Source of the DNA: Planctomycetota bacterium
Lineage (GTDB): Bacteria; Planctomycetota; JAJSAM01; JAJVHW01
Length of the DNA stretch: 64,000 nucleotides
Assembly (NCBI GenBank): GCA_965248445.1
Contig: CBDFJG010000004.1
Location: 1,440,001 to 1,504,000, forward strand
Reading direction: 5' to 3'
The notes beneath the pieces were generated by a model. That model was not told the origin of the DNA. It ran no database searches and was given only the letters and a program-made list of their open reading frames with translations. Positions 9,201-17,680 of this stretch are shown here, in pieces. The position numbers were made by a program, and so were the translations under genes. The stretch's first letter is position 1; the number at the start of each line of letters is the position of its first letter.

Positions 9201-9400
9201 CGCGCCTCGAGCAGTGTGTGGCGGCGCAGCCACGAGAGCGAGTGATCGCGGGTTTCGCGCTGAATGGTGGTGTCGAGTTGCTGCGTCCCGACGAGTGTCA
9301 GCCCGACTCCCGCCGCGAGCATCAGCAGCGCGCACGCCAACGTCACCCAGAGGACCGGCCTCCGGATGCTGTGTCGGTTGTCGTGGCGCGTCCTGAACAC
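6290..9400 (-). CDS. Hybrid sensor histidine kinase (TM-periplasmic Cache-like-HAMP-PAS-HisKA-HATPase-atypical REC)
   Basis: Two TM segments, HAMP (GQDEIASVA), PAS, H-box GVAHDFNNVL, N-box NLVLNALDAM, G boxes DTGTGI and GLGLSI. Confidence 0.93.
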   Translation of the reverse strand: MFRTRHDNRHSIRRPVLWVTLACALLMLAAGVGLTLVGTQQLDTTIQRETRDHSLSWLRRHTLLEARHAARAAAERRERVELAAAAVADVVRRRGPGPLDAGDRSVERIVFEERDVAFIEAGVPAVTAAARASTTDDAHLASLCERAADLGDVVRVVTRGDTPIQSVSVWIEGEGVLLAEPPSSPGRYESAASDLLRAMPIEMSRVEAAATDGWHGPYETTSGRAISYQTAITDAAGSEYAWVRVVLDFDEIAEVLEAGGGIRPHAATLLLARDRTPLHVPQAAFDALGIAPDTDNRALRLDDELTQLLGDSDRLPASENGMTLMSEQAVSAACSVPNSDWCVVSALPRYTAVDTAFDASRRSRDVAERIGAAMLVLSVLFGGMAVFAGVRFAAWLQKRLAPLQDSAVAMASGDLSKHIPVRGQDEIASVAIALNTSRVRLQSTLARLQESQRRIAVLIQSMTEGFVITDSEDRISFANDRFASLLKRSLDDVIGRTIPEMLTADSIAIYRRELALRHAGENGRYEVSWIVSDGRKARTIVSAMPLMDEEGRVIGACGVVTDVTKRTEAQRETARSEKLRALGEMAGGVAHDFNNVLAAILGNAQFLLMEGLTGEAAEAARVIERAALDGTETVRRIREFTRPRSGLLESEAVDANAIVKDVVAFVKQRVDEIEQEHGISITVVGRKNARREIHGNPSELRETMLNLVLNALDAMPLGGTVTVESFDRGEDSVGLRVTDTGTGIDPEVRDKIFDPFFSTKPAGPSSGLGLSICYGIVRAHDGRIDVRTSKDGTTFTIVLPAYNARSDSTGDTVGSAALPPSPRILHVSAHGRIAERLRCGLESRGVELIGVGTYGEAAKILGTTTNNSLNVLITELALGRDSGWQLCRLARRSRPALRIVLLAEPGHGIDDTPARHAGIDRVLTRPFDIDDVHSVVISALGDTRVAALQEGTTTEVILDADDTFDAWDDPDRSREAAEELPATLAAFAERSARPRRHGRDDNVYIDEHTVAALDFILKRSGVGPDRNEAGSPASQD

Positions 9401-9555
9401 GTAGAGAATCCCCCGCGGCCCACCGGCGAGCCACTCCGGTGCGAACAGGGACTCATCGGGCGGCGCCCGCCCGGAACTGGATCACGAGCCTGAGCGAGCG
9501 TGATCCACGGGCCGGATTCGAGCCTGGAACGAGGTCTCGGCGCGGAGTTGGCGCT

Positions 9556-10725
9556 CTAGTCGGCGCCGAGAGCGTTCAGGCCGGTCAGGTCCATTCCCAC
9601 GATCAGCATGTGGATGTCGTGGGTGCCCTCGTACGTGATCACGGATTCGAGGTTGGCCATGTGGCGTCCGCAGACGTACTCGTCGGTGATGCCGCTCGCG
9701 CCCAGGATGTCGCGCGTCGTGCGGGCGCAGTCCAGGGCCATTGCGACGTTGTTGCGCTTGGCCAGCGAGACCTGCACGTGACGCAGCTTGCCTGACTCCT
9801 TCAATCGACCGAGTCGCCAGGCCAGGAGCTGCGCGCGGGTGATCTCCGAGGCCATCGTCACGAGCTTGTTCTGCACCATCTGGAAGCGGCCGATCGGCTT
9901 GCCGTAGATGATCCGGGTCTTGGCGTGCGTGAGTGCTTCGTCGTAGCAAGCCTGTGCCGCGCCCACCGCGCCCCACGCGATGCCGTAGCGCGCGCTGTTC
10001 AAACACAGGAGTGCGCTCTTCAGACCGGTCGTGCCGGGGAGCAGCGCGTCCTCGGGGACGTGGCAGTCGTCGAAGATCAGCTCGCTGGTGATGCTGGCGC
10101 GCAGCGACCACTTCCCGTCGATGTCCGGCGCGGTGAAGCCCTGCGTGCCCTTCTCGACGAGGAATCCGCGGATGCCCTCGGTGGTCTTGGCCCAGACCAG
10201 CGCGACGTCCGCGATGGAGCCGTTGGTGATCCACATCTTGGCGCCGTTCAGCACCCAGCCGTCACTCGTGCGCTTCGCATTCGTGATCATGCCACCCGGG
10301 TCGCTGCCGAAGTCCGGCTCGGTCAGTCCGAAGCAGCCGATCGCGTCGCCAGTCGCGAGCCGGGGCAGCCACTTCTGCTTCTGCTCCTCGGAGCCGAACG
10401 CGTGGATCGGGTACATGACGAGCGACCCCTGCACCGAGCAGAACGAACGCACGCCGCTGTCGCCGCGCTCGAGTTCCTGGCAGATCAGGCCGTACACGAC
10501 GTCACCGAGTCCCGCGCAGCCGTAGCCCTCGAGGCTTGCACCGAGCAGGCCGAGCTCGCCCATCTCGCGCGCCATCTGCCGCGGGAACGTGCCGTCCTTG
10601 AAGTGTTTGGCGATGCCGGGCACGACGCGCTGCTCGACCCAGTCGCGCACCGTGTCGCGGATCATCTGCTCCTCCTCGGTGAGGAGGTCGTCGACGTCGT
10701 AGAGGTCGATCGCGTCGTAGGCCAT
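9556..10725 (-). CDS. gcdH: Acyl-CoA dehydrogenase, glutaryl-CoA dehydrogenase type
   Basis: ELERGDSGVRSFCSVQGSLVMYPI, GCFGLTEPDFGSDPGGM, NLESVITYEGTHDIH. ATG at 10725. Confidence 0.88.
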   Translation of the reverse strand: MAYDAIDLYDVDDLLTEEEQMIRDTVRDWVEQRVVPGIAKHFKDGTFPRQMAREMGELGLLGASLEGYGCAGLGDVVYGLICQELERGDSGVRSFCSVQGSLVMYPIHAFGSEEQKQKWLPRLATGDAIGCFGLTEPDFGSDPGGMITNAKRTSDGWVLNGAKMWITNGSIADVALVWAKTTEGIRGFLVEKGTQGFTAPDIDGKWSLRASITSELIFDDCHVPEDALLPGTTGLKSALLCLNSARYGIAWGAVGAAQACYDEALTHAKTRIIYGKPIGRFQMVQNKLVTMASEITRAQLLAWRLGRLKESGKLRHVQVSLAKRNNVAMALDCARTTRDILGASGITDEYVCGRHMANLESVITYEGTHDIHMLIVGMDLTGLNALGAD

Positions 10726-10751
10726 GGGGAGATCTCCTGAGTCGGGTGAGT

Positions 10752-12587
10752 CTACGCGGCGAACTGCAAGCGGTGGAGCGTCGCGTAGATGCCGTCCTGC
10801 TCGACGAGTTCCGCGTGCGTCCCCTGCTCGCGCAGACGGCCGTGATGGAAGACCAGTATCCGGTCTGCCTTGCGGATGGTGGAGAGGCGGTGGGCGATGA
10901 TGAGCGTCGTGCGTCCCTCTTGGAGACGGTCGAGCGCCATCTGGATCAGATGCTCGGTCTCGGAGTCCACGCTGCTCGTGGCCTCGTCGAGGACGAGCAC
11001 CGCCGGGTCCTGGGCGAGCGCCCGCGCCAGCGCCAGGAGCTGTCTCTCCCCGACCGAGAGGCGGCCTCCCCGCTCGCCGACCTGGCTGTCCAGGCCATCC
11101 GGAAGACGCGCGATGCAGCGGTCGGCGCCCACGGCTGTGCACGCGGCCTCGAGCTGCTCCCGCGTCAGCGACGGATCTCCCATGCGGAGGTTCTCGGCGA
11201 TCGTCCCCGCGAACAGGAACACGTCCTGAGGCACGACGATGATGCCCCCGCGCAGCGAACGCAGGTCGTAGCGCCGCGCGTCCTCGCCATCGATCCGCAC
11301 GACGCCCGCATCGACGTCGTAGAGCCGCGTCACGAGGCTCGCTACCGTCGTCTTCCCCGCGCCGGTTGCGCCCACAAGGGCGACGGTTTCGCCCGGCTCG
11401 ACGTGGAAGGTGATGTCCTCGAGCACCGATTGCTCCGGCAGGTAGCCGAACGTCACGTCCTCGAACGCGACCTCTCCGCGCAGCCGGTCGGGGACGAGCG
11501 GATTCTCCGGTGTCTTGAGTTCGGCCTCGCGGTCGAGCAGGCGGAACAGCCGCTCCGCCGAGGCCATCGAGCCCTGCAAAATGTTGAACTTCTCCGCCAC
11601 GTCGCGGATGGGGCGGAAGAAGATCTCGAGGTAGAACAGGAACTGCGTCAGCTCGCCGAACGAGAGCTGGTCGCCGATGATCCGTTTGGCGCCGAACCAG
11701 ATGACGATCGACTTCCCGATCGCCGAGAGGAGCTCGACGAGGGGGAAGAACACCGCGAAGTTCCGCACCGTCGAGAGGTGCGCGTCGGCGAGTTCGCGAT
11801 CCTGCGCGCGGAAACGGCGTCCGCACTTCTCTTCCTGCACGAACGCCTGCACGACCCGGACGCCTGAGACCGACTCCTGGATGGTCGAGTTCACGACCGC
11901 CAGCTTCTCTCGCACCAATCGGAACGCGCGGCGGGACCAGACCCGGAAGAAGTGCGTCGCGATCATCAGCGGAGGCACCACGACAAGCGCAGTCAGTGCA
12001 AGCCGCGCATTGACCGCCGACATCCAGATGACGATGCCCACGAGCAAGAAGATGTCGTGGAATATGGCGTCGAGTCCCGATGTCAGCAGGTCAGAGAGCG
12101 CCTCGACGTCGTTGACCACGCGGGTCACCAGGCGCCCTACGGGGTTGCGGTCGAAGAACCGCAGCGACTGATGCTGGACGTGCCGGAATGCCTGCACGCG
12201 GAGGTCGCGCATGGCCCGCTGGGCCACGCGGTTGATCCAGCGCACCTGGAACACCCGCAACGTTGCGGAGAGCAGCGCGATCGCGGCGATGCCGCCGGAC
12301 CAGAGCGCCACCGTCCCGGCGACCTCCTCCCACGCAGCCATGCCGCGCCCGCTCGAAACGGCCTCGCGGAGCGGCCCGTCGAGCACCTGCTTGAGCAGCT
12401 CGCCCTGCAGAAGATCCAGGAACACGACGATCGTGACGGCCACGATCGACGTGGCGAACAACGAGCGGTACGGCGTGACGTACCCGAGCATGCGGCGCAC
12501 GAGGGAGACGTCGAACGCCTTGCCCGTGACCTGGTCGGCGTCGTGCTGGAACGAGCTGGAGCCGGAGCCGGAGGCGCGGACGCTCAT
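10752..12587 (-). CDS. ABC exporter, fused permease/ATPase (half B of heterodimer)
   Basis: TM domain, Walker A GATGAGKTT, degenerate signature LSVGE, Walker B LVLDE, AHRLST. Confidence 0.95.
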   Translation of the reverse strand: MSVRASGSGSSSFQHDADQVTGKAFDVSLVRRMLGYVTPYRSLFATSIVAVTIVVFLDLLQGELLKQVLDGPLREAVSSGRGMAAWEEVAGTVALWSGGIAAIALLSATLRVFQVRWINRVAQRAMRDLRVQAFRHVQHQSLRFFDRNPVGRLVTRVVNDVEALSDLLTSGLDAIFHDIFLLVGIVIWMSAVNARLALTALVVVPPLMIATHFFRVWSRRAFRLVREKLAVVNSTIQESVSGVRVVQAFVQEEKCGRRFRAQDRELADAHLSTVRNFAVFFPLVELLSAIGKSIVIWFGAKRIIGDQLSFGELTQFLFYLEIFFRPIRDVAEKFNILQGSMASAERLFRLLDREAELKTPENPLVPDRLRGEVAFEDVTFGYLPEQSVLEDITFHVEPGETVALVGATGAGKTTVASLVTRLYDVDAGVVRIDGEDARRYDLRSLRGGIIVVPQDVFLFAGTIAENLRMGDPSLTREQLEAACTAVGADRCIARLPDGLDSQVGERGGRLSVGERQLLALARALAQDPAVLVLDEATSSVDSETEHLIQMALDRLQEGRTTLIIAHRLSTIRKADRILVFHHGRLREQGTHAELVEQDGIYATLHRLQFAA

Positions 12588-14347
12588 GCCGCTTCGAGCC
12601 GCGCTTCGAGCGACTGCCTCTTCGAGAGCCGGGCGTAGAAGCCGCCTCCCGCGACGAGTTCCTCGTGCGTGCCGACGGCGGTTACGCGACCGTTCTCAAG
12701 CACCACGATGCGATCGGCGAGACGCGCCGCCGACACGCGATGCGTCACGAGCATGGTCGTCCGGCCGCGGAGCACCTCGCGCAGGTTGGCGAGGATCTCC
12801 GTCTCCGTCCGCGCATCGACGGCCGAGAGACAGTCGTCGAGGAGGAGCACCGGCGGATCCACGGCCAGCGCCCGCGCGATCGCCGTGCGCTGCCGCTGCC
12901 CGCCGGAGAGGTTGACGCCGCGCTCCCCCAGCAGGCTGTCCAGACCCTGCGGAAGCCGCTCGATCTCGGGGAGCACGCGGGCGCTCGCGGCGGCCGCACG
13001 AATGACCGGTTCGATGGCGTCCGCGCGCTCTGCCGAGTCATCGAACCCGAACGCGAGGTTGCCGCGGATGGTCGTGCTGAACAGGAACGTCTCCTGGGGC
13101 ACGTAGCCGATCGCGGCGCGGAGTTCCGCGAGGCGGAGTCGATCCACGGGCACACCATCGACCAGCACCGTTCCCGCCGGTGAGCCCAGGAGCCGCGGCA
13201 CCAATGACAGGAGTGTGCTCTTCCCGCAGCCGGTCGGCCCCACCACCGCGACGGTCGTTCCCGCCTCGACGTCGAACGTGACGTTCTCGAGGGATGGTGC
13301 GGACGCGCCGTCGTACGTGAACGTCAGATCGCGGAACGCCAAGGCGCCACAGAACGGCTCGATCGTGACGGGTTGCTCGGGATCGCGGATCGCCGGCGGC
13401 TCACCGAGCAAACTCTCCAAGCGCTCGAGCGCGACCGCGCCGCGCTGCCAGATCGAGATGACCCAGCCGAGCGAGATCATCGGCCACATCAGCATCTGTG
13501 CGTACAGGTGGAACGCCAGGAAGTCGCCGAGCAGCAGTTCTCCGCGCGCCATCATCCGCCCGCCGACACCCAGCGTCAGCGCCAGCGCGACGCCCTTCAT
13601 CAGTCCGATGACGGGTCGGAACAGCGCGCGTGTGTCGGCAAGTCGCACGTTCGCGTCGAGCGATCGCTCAGCGCTCTTCGCGAACGCGTCCACCTCTTCG
13701 TTCTCGCGTGCGAACGACTTGACGACGCGCACGCCGGCGAAGCTCTCCTGCGCCTTGGTCGAGAGCGCGGCCTGGCTCTCCTGCACGTCCACCGACGCCG
13801 TGTGGATGCGCGGCGCGAGGAACCGCGTCGCGACGGCGATGCCCGCGAGCGGGATCAGATTGAGCACGGTCAGCAGGGGACTCATCCCCCACATCAGCCA
13901 GAACGCGATCGGCACGAGGATCGCCGTGCTCGCGACGTACATCATCCCCGGGCCGAGACTCATGCGGACCGCCTCGACGTCGGCCGTGAGCCGGCTCATC
14001 ACGTCGCCTGTGTGGTGCCGCGCGAGCCAGGCCGGACTGCGCCGCAGAAGGCTCTCGTAGAGACGGTCGCGCAGGCTCCGCTCGACTTCGCGAGATGTGG
14101 CGACCAGCGTTCGGCGCATGAGGAAGCGGAAGATGCCGCCGAGCCCGGTCAGCGCGAGCGCAGCGAGGGCCCAACCGCCGACGACCTCGAGCGTGCGCCC
14201 TTCGCCCTGGAGCGCGTTCACGGCGTTGCCGAACGCCCGCGGCACGAAGCTCGAGGCAACGACCGACAGCAGGACAGCCAGGAAGCCGACCACGACGATG
14301 GCCCGGTAGGGGCGGAAGAGGGGCAGGACGAGCCTGAGTCGGCGCAT
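12584..14347 (-). CDS. ABC exporter, fused permease/ATPase (half A of heterodimer)
   Basis: Walker A GPTGCGKST, LSGGQRQR, degenerate Walker B LLLDD. ATGA overlap with its partner. Asymmetric TmrAB/BmrCD-like pair. Confidence 0.95.
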   Translation of the reverse strand: MRRLRLVLPLFRPYRAIVVVGFLAVLLSVVASSFVPRAFGNAVNALQGEGRTLEVVGGWALAALALTGLGGIFRFLMRRTLVATSREVERSLRDRLYESLLRRSPAWLARHHTGDVMSRLTADVEAVRMSLGPGMMYVASTAILVPIAFWLMWGMSPLLTVLNLIPLAGIAVATRFLAPRIHTASVDVQESQAALSTKAQESFAGVRVVKSFARENEEVDAFAKSAERSLDANVRLADTRALFRPVIGLMKGVALALTLGVGGRMMARGELLLGDFLAFHLYAQMLMWPMISLGWVISIWQRGAVALERLESLLGEPPAIRDPEQPVTIEPFCGALAFRDLTFTYDGASAPSLENVTFDVEAGTTVAVVGPTGCGKSTLLSLVPRLLGSPAGTVLVDGVPVDRLRLAELRAAIGYVPQETFLFSTTIRGNLAFGFDDSAERADAIEPVIRAAAASARVLPEIERLPQGLDSLLGERGVNLSGGQRQRTAIARALAVDPPVLLLDDCLSAVDARTETEILANLREVLRGRTTMLVTHRVSAARLADRIVVLENGRVTAVGTHEELVAGGGFYARLSKRQSLEARLEAA

Positions 14348-14535
14348 GGGAGAGGGGGGAGGCGCGACCGCCTCCTCCGGTTCTTCTACACGTCAGCGCG
14401 TGGGCAGGGCGGCGTCTTCCCGGGGCGGCAGGGGTGAGGGGGCCTAGTCCGGACACACTTCCAAGTGCGCCGGGCGCTCGCGCCCGTGCGAATTCGCTCT
14501 CTCGGGGGCTCCGCGCTGGATCGTCGGTTTCCATC

Positions 14536-14577
14536 AGAGAGCGTAAACTATTTTTGACAAAGAGTTTACGCTGTCTC
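14536..14577. promoter_or_regulatory. Operator-like palindrome centred on a TTGACA -35 hexamer
   Basis: AGCGTAAACT (14540-14549) and AGTTTACGCT (14563-14572) flank ATTTTTGACAAAG. Confidence 0.55.
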
Positions 14578-14599
14578 GACGCTCGGGCCGCCAAGTCTG

Positions 14600-14810
14600 G
14601 CCCGCCCCTTGCGCTTGTCCGTGCGACCGGCGGAGGCTACGAGCCGAAGCGGGTCATGACAGGCAGGGCCTGGAACCAGACACGGACAATTAGGAACGTT
14701 TTACGACCCTGATATCCCTGATCTATAGCCCCAACCAACCCCGACCAACTTCAGGTACCTGCCATCGCAATCAAGAAGCCCGGCGCGTAAGCGCCGGGCT
14801 TCGTTTGCTT
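14600..14810 (+). ncRNA. Candidate small structured RNA of unknown family
   Basis: AT-richer non-coding stretch with a closing stem 14662-14674/14750-14763 and C-rich single-stranded segments, followed by a terminator. No downstream + strand gene. Confidence 0.35.
14775..14810. terminator. Intrinsic terminator, possibly bidirectional
   Basis: GAAGCCCGGCGC-GTAA-GCGCCGGGCTTC 12-bp stem with T-rich tails on both strands. Confidence 0.75.
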
Positions 14811-14853
14811 CCGGCCCCGACGGCCGCGGAGCGTCCGTCGGGGCCGGAAGCAA
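14805..14853. repeat. 19-bp perfect inverted repeat
   Basis: TTGCTTCCGGCCCCGACGG / CCGTCGGGGCCGGAAGCAA. Confidence 0.8.
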
Positions 14854-14859
14854 CTCAGA

Positions 14860-14898
14860 TGTCTCCCTCCTACGCGTCCTCCGGACGCTACGGAGGGC
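14860..14898. repeat. Dispersed 39-bp hairpin repeat, copy 1
   Basis: TGTCTCCCTCCTACGCGTCCTCCGGACGCTACGGAGGGC; second copy at 31655-31693. Confidence 0.8.
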
Positions 14899-15082
14899 TG
14901 CGGGCGCACCGGCACCACGGGGCGCTGCGCGCCCCGCCGAACCACTCTGGGGACGCCGCTGGGGGTCGAGCTACTTTCCCGCTGCGAATGCCATTACCTG
15001 TGGCATTCGCCCCCTGTCCGCTGACACGCGGACTCGGGTCGCGGGCGTTCGGTCGCGCCCCTCGGCGGGGCACTCCCATCCC

Positions 15083-17272
15083 TCACTCGTCGAACGTGGC
15101 CTTGACGTGGAGGGTCAGCGCGACGCCCTTCGTGCCCGACTTGACGGCGCCCCTGTCGGTGAGCGGGGGGATGACGGTGGTCATCTCGAAGACCCCGCCG
15201 TTCTTGGTGCTCGTGACGCCCGCGTCCTTCATCTCGACCATCGCGTGTGACCACGCGGGAACCGCCGGTTTGTCTTCGGTCGCGTCCACGCGGTTGGGGA
15301 GGTATCCGAGGGGCTCGCGGCCCCAGTCCATGTGCTTTCCGAACGTACCGATCGAGGAGCCGTTCGGCGCATAGACGGCCACGCGATCACCGCGCAGCAC
15401 GACGAACCCGCCGAGCGGGTACTCGTAGCCGACCTTCTCCTCCGTGTACTGCAGGCGCGGGTCGCTGAACGAGAGCGTTACGGGCTCAGCACCCAGGTTC
15501 TCGAGTTGCAACGTGGCGTTCGCCGTGCCGATGAGCAGGCCGACGAAGCAGATCTGCTTGTCGTCCTCGGTTGACGTCTTGAAGGCCGCCGTGTTTCTGA
15601 TCGCTGCCGCCTGCATGCCCTTGACCGGGATGAACCCGATGCCCTGGGCAGGACCCGTGATGTACACGTGGTCGCCGCCGCTGTCGTCCGGCGTCTGCCG
15701 CTTCAGCCAGCCCGTCGTGCGGCCGGCGTTGACACCGATGAGAGGCTGGCGCTTCTTCTTCGCGTCCGTCTTCGTCCAGTTGGTCGGCTCCTTGCGCGCG
15801 CTCTCCGAAAGACCGACCGGCGGTGGGACGAACTTCCACGGCCCCTGGCCCGAGAAGTCGTTGAAGTTCATCGCGATAAGGACGCCGTAGTCCTTCATTG
15901 GCTGCGCGTACGCGGCGGGGCGGAAGCCCCAGCCCTCGACGCGCGACCTCGAACCCAGCGCGCGCCCGGCGTCCCAGATGCGGTCCGCCGCGAACATCGT
16001 GTAGTCCGCCGCGCCGTAGTACCCGCCGCGCGCAGAGACACTGTGCCCGGCCTGCTTGAAGGGACGTGCTTTCTTGGCGTGCCCCGCATACAGGCGGAAC
16101 GGCTCGAGCACCCACTCGTTGACGTTTCCGGCGAGGTGCCGCAGGCCCTCGGGGGACTCCATCCCATCGCCGGCGTCGACGAGTAGCGGCTCTCGGTAGT
16201 TGCCGGAGTTCTTGAACGCCGCCTTGTCGGTGCTCCACTCGTTGCCCCACGCGAAGCGCCGGCCCTCGGGTCCGCGGGCGGCGTGCTCCCACTCCGCCTC
16301 GGTGGGGATGTGGAGGCCGGCCCATAGGCAAAAGCGCAGACAGTCCTCCCAGGAGACGTAGTTGACGGGCGCCTTGGCGCGACCGTCCTTGATGGCGCCG
16401 TTGTCCGCGAAGCCCACCTCGGGGATCGGGATGCGGTACAGACGGATCGACGTGCCCTTCGGGATCGTGATCTCGTCAGCGCGGGCGAAGAGGGGATCCC
16501 ACTTGGGTCCCTCCTCCGCTTCCGGCTTCTCCGGGTCGTCACCACCGGGCTCCTCCTCACCGTCCCCTTCGTCGCCCGCGCCCTCGTCGCCGGCCGGGTC
16601 GTCTCCGCCGTCCTGGGCGAGCATCTCGGACTTCTTGTCGGTGTCGGCAGGCTTGTCGGTGTCAGCAGGCTTGTCGGTGTCAGCAGGCCTCTCGATCAGT
16701 TGAGGCTTGTCGGCGTCGTCGTCGCCGCCGCCGGCTGCTTCTTCGTCCTTCTTGTCCGGGTTGAAGATGGGCCGGAGGAGTTCCTCGTTCGAGTAGTAGG
16801 TCGTCAGCCACGCGTGCTGGTACGCCGTACCGGCTTCCTCCGGGTCGATCGCGTACTCGTACGTGATGACGTCTTTCAGCGTGCCGGCCGCCGGCAGTTC
16901 GAACACGTAGCTGTTGCGTTCGCTGTTCAGGAAGACGAACCACTGCGCGTTCGTCATCTCGTGGCGCGCCATCGAGTACGGCGACACGGAAACGGTGTGC
17001 GCCGGGGTGGCGTACAGCAGGCCCTGAGGCCACAGCGAGTCCTTGAAGTCGTTGATCTTGCGGGGCTTCTTCTCGAGGTCCACGTCGATGAACTTGTTGA
17101 GGTCCGTTTCGCTCATGCCCATGGGCTGCTCGTCCGCGCCGTCGAACTGGACGTAGCCGAGGAGTCGCTCCTGCGCGTCCGTGGCGTGCGCCTGTCGGGG
17201 CGCGGTGGTGGGGACGACGAACGCCAGGGCCAAGCCGAGCAGAGCGGCCTTGCTGGGTGCGTGTGGACGCAT
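15083..17272 (-). CDS. Secreted FGE-sulfatase (SUMF1/EgtB/PvdO-like) domain protein
   Basis: Signal peptide, PAHTVSVSPYSMARHEMTNAQW, PVNYVSWEDC, PTEAEWEHAARG, HLAGNVNEW, RGG..., GFR. Contains an acidic low-complexity insert. Confidence 0.85.
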   Translation of the reverse strand: MRPHAPSKAALLGLALAFVVPTTAPRQAHATDAQERLLGYVQFDGADEQPMGMSETDLNKFIDVDLEKKPRKINDFKDSLWPQGLLYATPAHTVSVSPYSMARHEMTNAQWFVFLNSERNSYVFELPAAGTLKDVITYEYAIDPEEAGTAYQHAWLTTYYSNEELLRPIFNPDKKDEEAAGGGDDDADKPQLIERPADTDKPADTDKPADTDKKSEMLAQDGGDDPAGDEGAGDEGDGEEEPGGDDPEKPEAEEGPKWDPLFARADEITIPKGTSIRLYRIPIPEVGFADNGAIKDGRAKAPVNYVSWEDCLRFCLWAGLHIPTEAEWEHAARGPEGRRFAWGNEWSTDKAAFKNSGNYREPLLVDAGDGMESPEGLRHLAGNVNEWVLEPFRLYAGHAKKARPFKQAGHSVSARGGYYGAADYTMFAADRIWDAGRALGSRSRVEGWGFRPAAYAQPMKDYGVLIAMNFNDFSGQGPWKFVPPPVGLSESARKEPTNWTKTDAKKKRQPLIGVNAGRTTGWLKRQTPDDSGGDHVYITGPAQGIGFIPVKGMQAAAIRNTAAFKTSTEDDKQICFVGLLIGTANATLQLENLGAEPVTLSFSDPRLQYTEEKVGYEYPLGGFVVLRGDRVAVYAPNGSSIGTFGKHMDWGREPLGYLPNRVDATEDKPAVPAWSHAMVEMKDAGVTSTKNGGVFEMTTVIPPLTDRGAVKSGTKGVALTLHVKATFDE
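16634..16687. repeat. 3 x 18-bp coding tandem repeat (PADTDK)
   Basis: CTTGTCGGTGTC(G/A)GCAGG three times, in frame within the FGE gene. Confidence 0.9.
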
Positions 17273-17475
17273 GGGAACCTCCGGAGGCTGTTGCGTGGCG
17301 ACCCGGAGACACGCGGAGCCCAAACGTGCCGGGGGCGACACGCCAAGGCCGACCGCCCCCGGCACCAGAACGAACGTAGCACGCGCCGTACCGCAGGGGC
17401 CGCGAAACGGCGGTGGCGGCGGGGGGCGGCAGCGGCGTCCGGGGGCTGACGGCGGGGCTCCATTGCGTCAGGCTG

Positions 17476-17558
17476 ATGCGACATCTAGTGGTATACCGAC
17501 ACAAAATCGCAGTATGTAGTGACTTACGGCTTGCAGCAGCGAACGTCCTCGCTAAATT
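17476..17558 (+). promoter_or_regulatory. Tandem NrdR-box-like motifs and candidate sigma70 promoter
   Basis: ATGCGACATCTAGTGG (17476-17491) and TCGCAGTATGTAGTGA (17507-17522), offset by 31 bp. TTGCAG-N16-TAAATT at 17531-17558. Confidence 0.4.
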
Positions 17559-17680
17559 CCCATGCTGGTCGGACTGTCTCTGGTGCCGTCGCGTCCCCCC
17601 CCGGCGATCGCGTGACGTGGTGGCTCTCTAGTGCTTCGGAAGTGCGCGCCCGGCAGAGCGCGAGTAGGGGACGTAGCGGT

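Noticed and set aside
7319..9493. 724-aa plus-strand ORF, and many similar long antisense or alternate-frame ORFs (for example 46874-48565, 3860-5473, 40852-42273)
   Set aside because: Shadows of real genes caused by high GC3; no recognisable motifs.
10726..11826. N-terminal extension of the acyl-CoA dehydrogenase ORF
   Set aside because: Alternate frame of the ABC gene; the real start is ATG 10725 with an upstream GGAGA.
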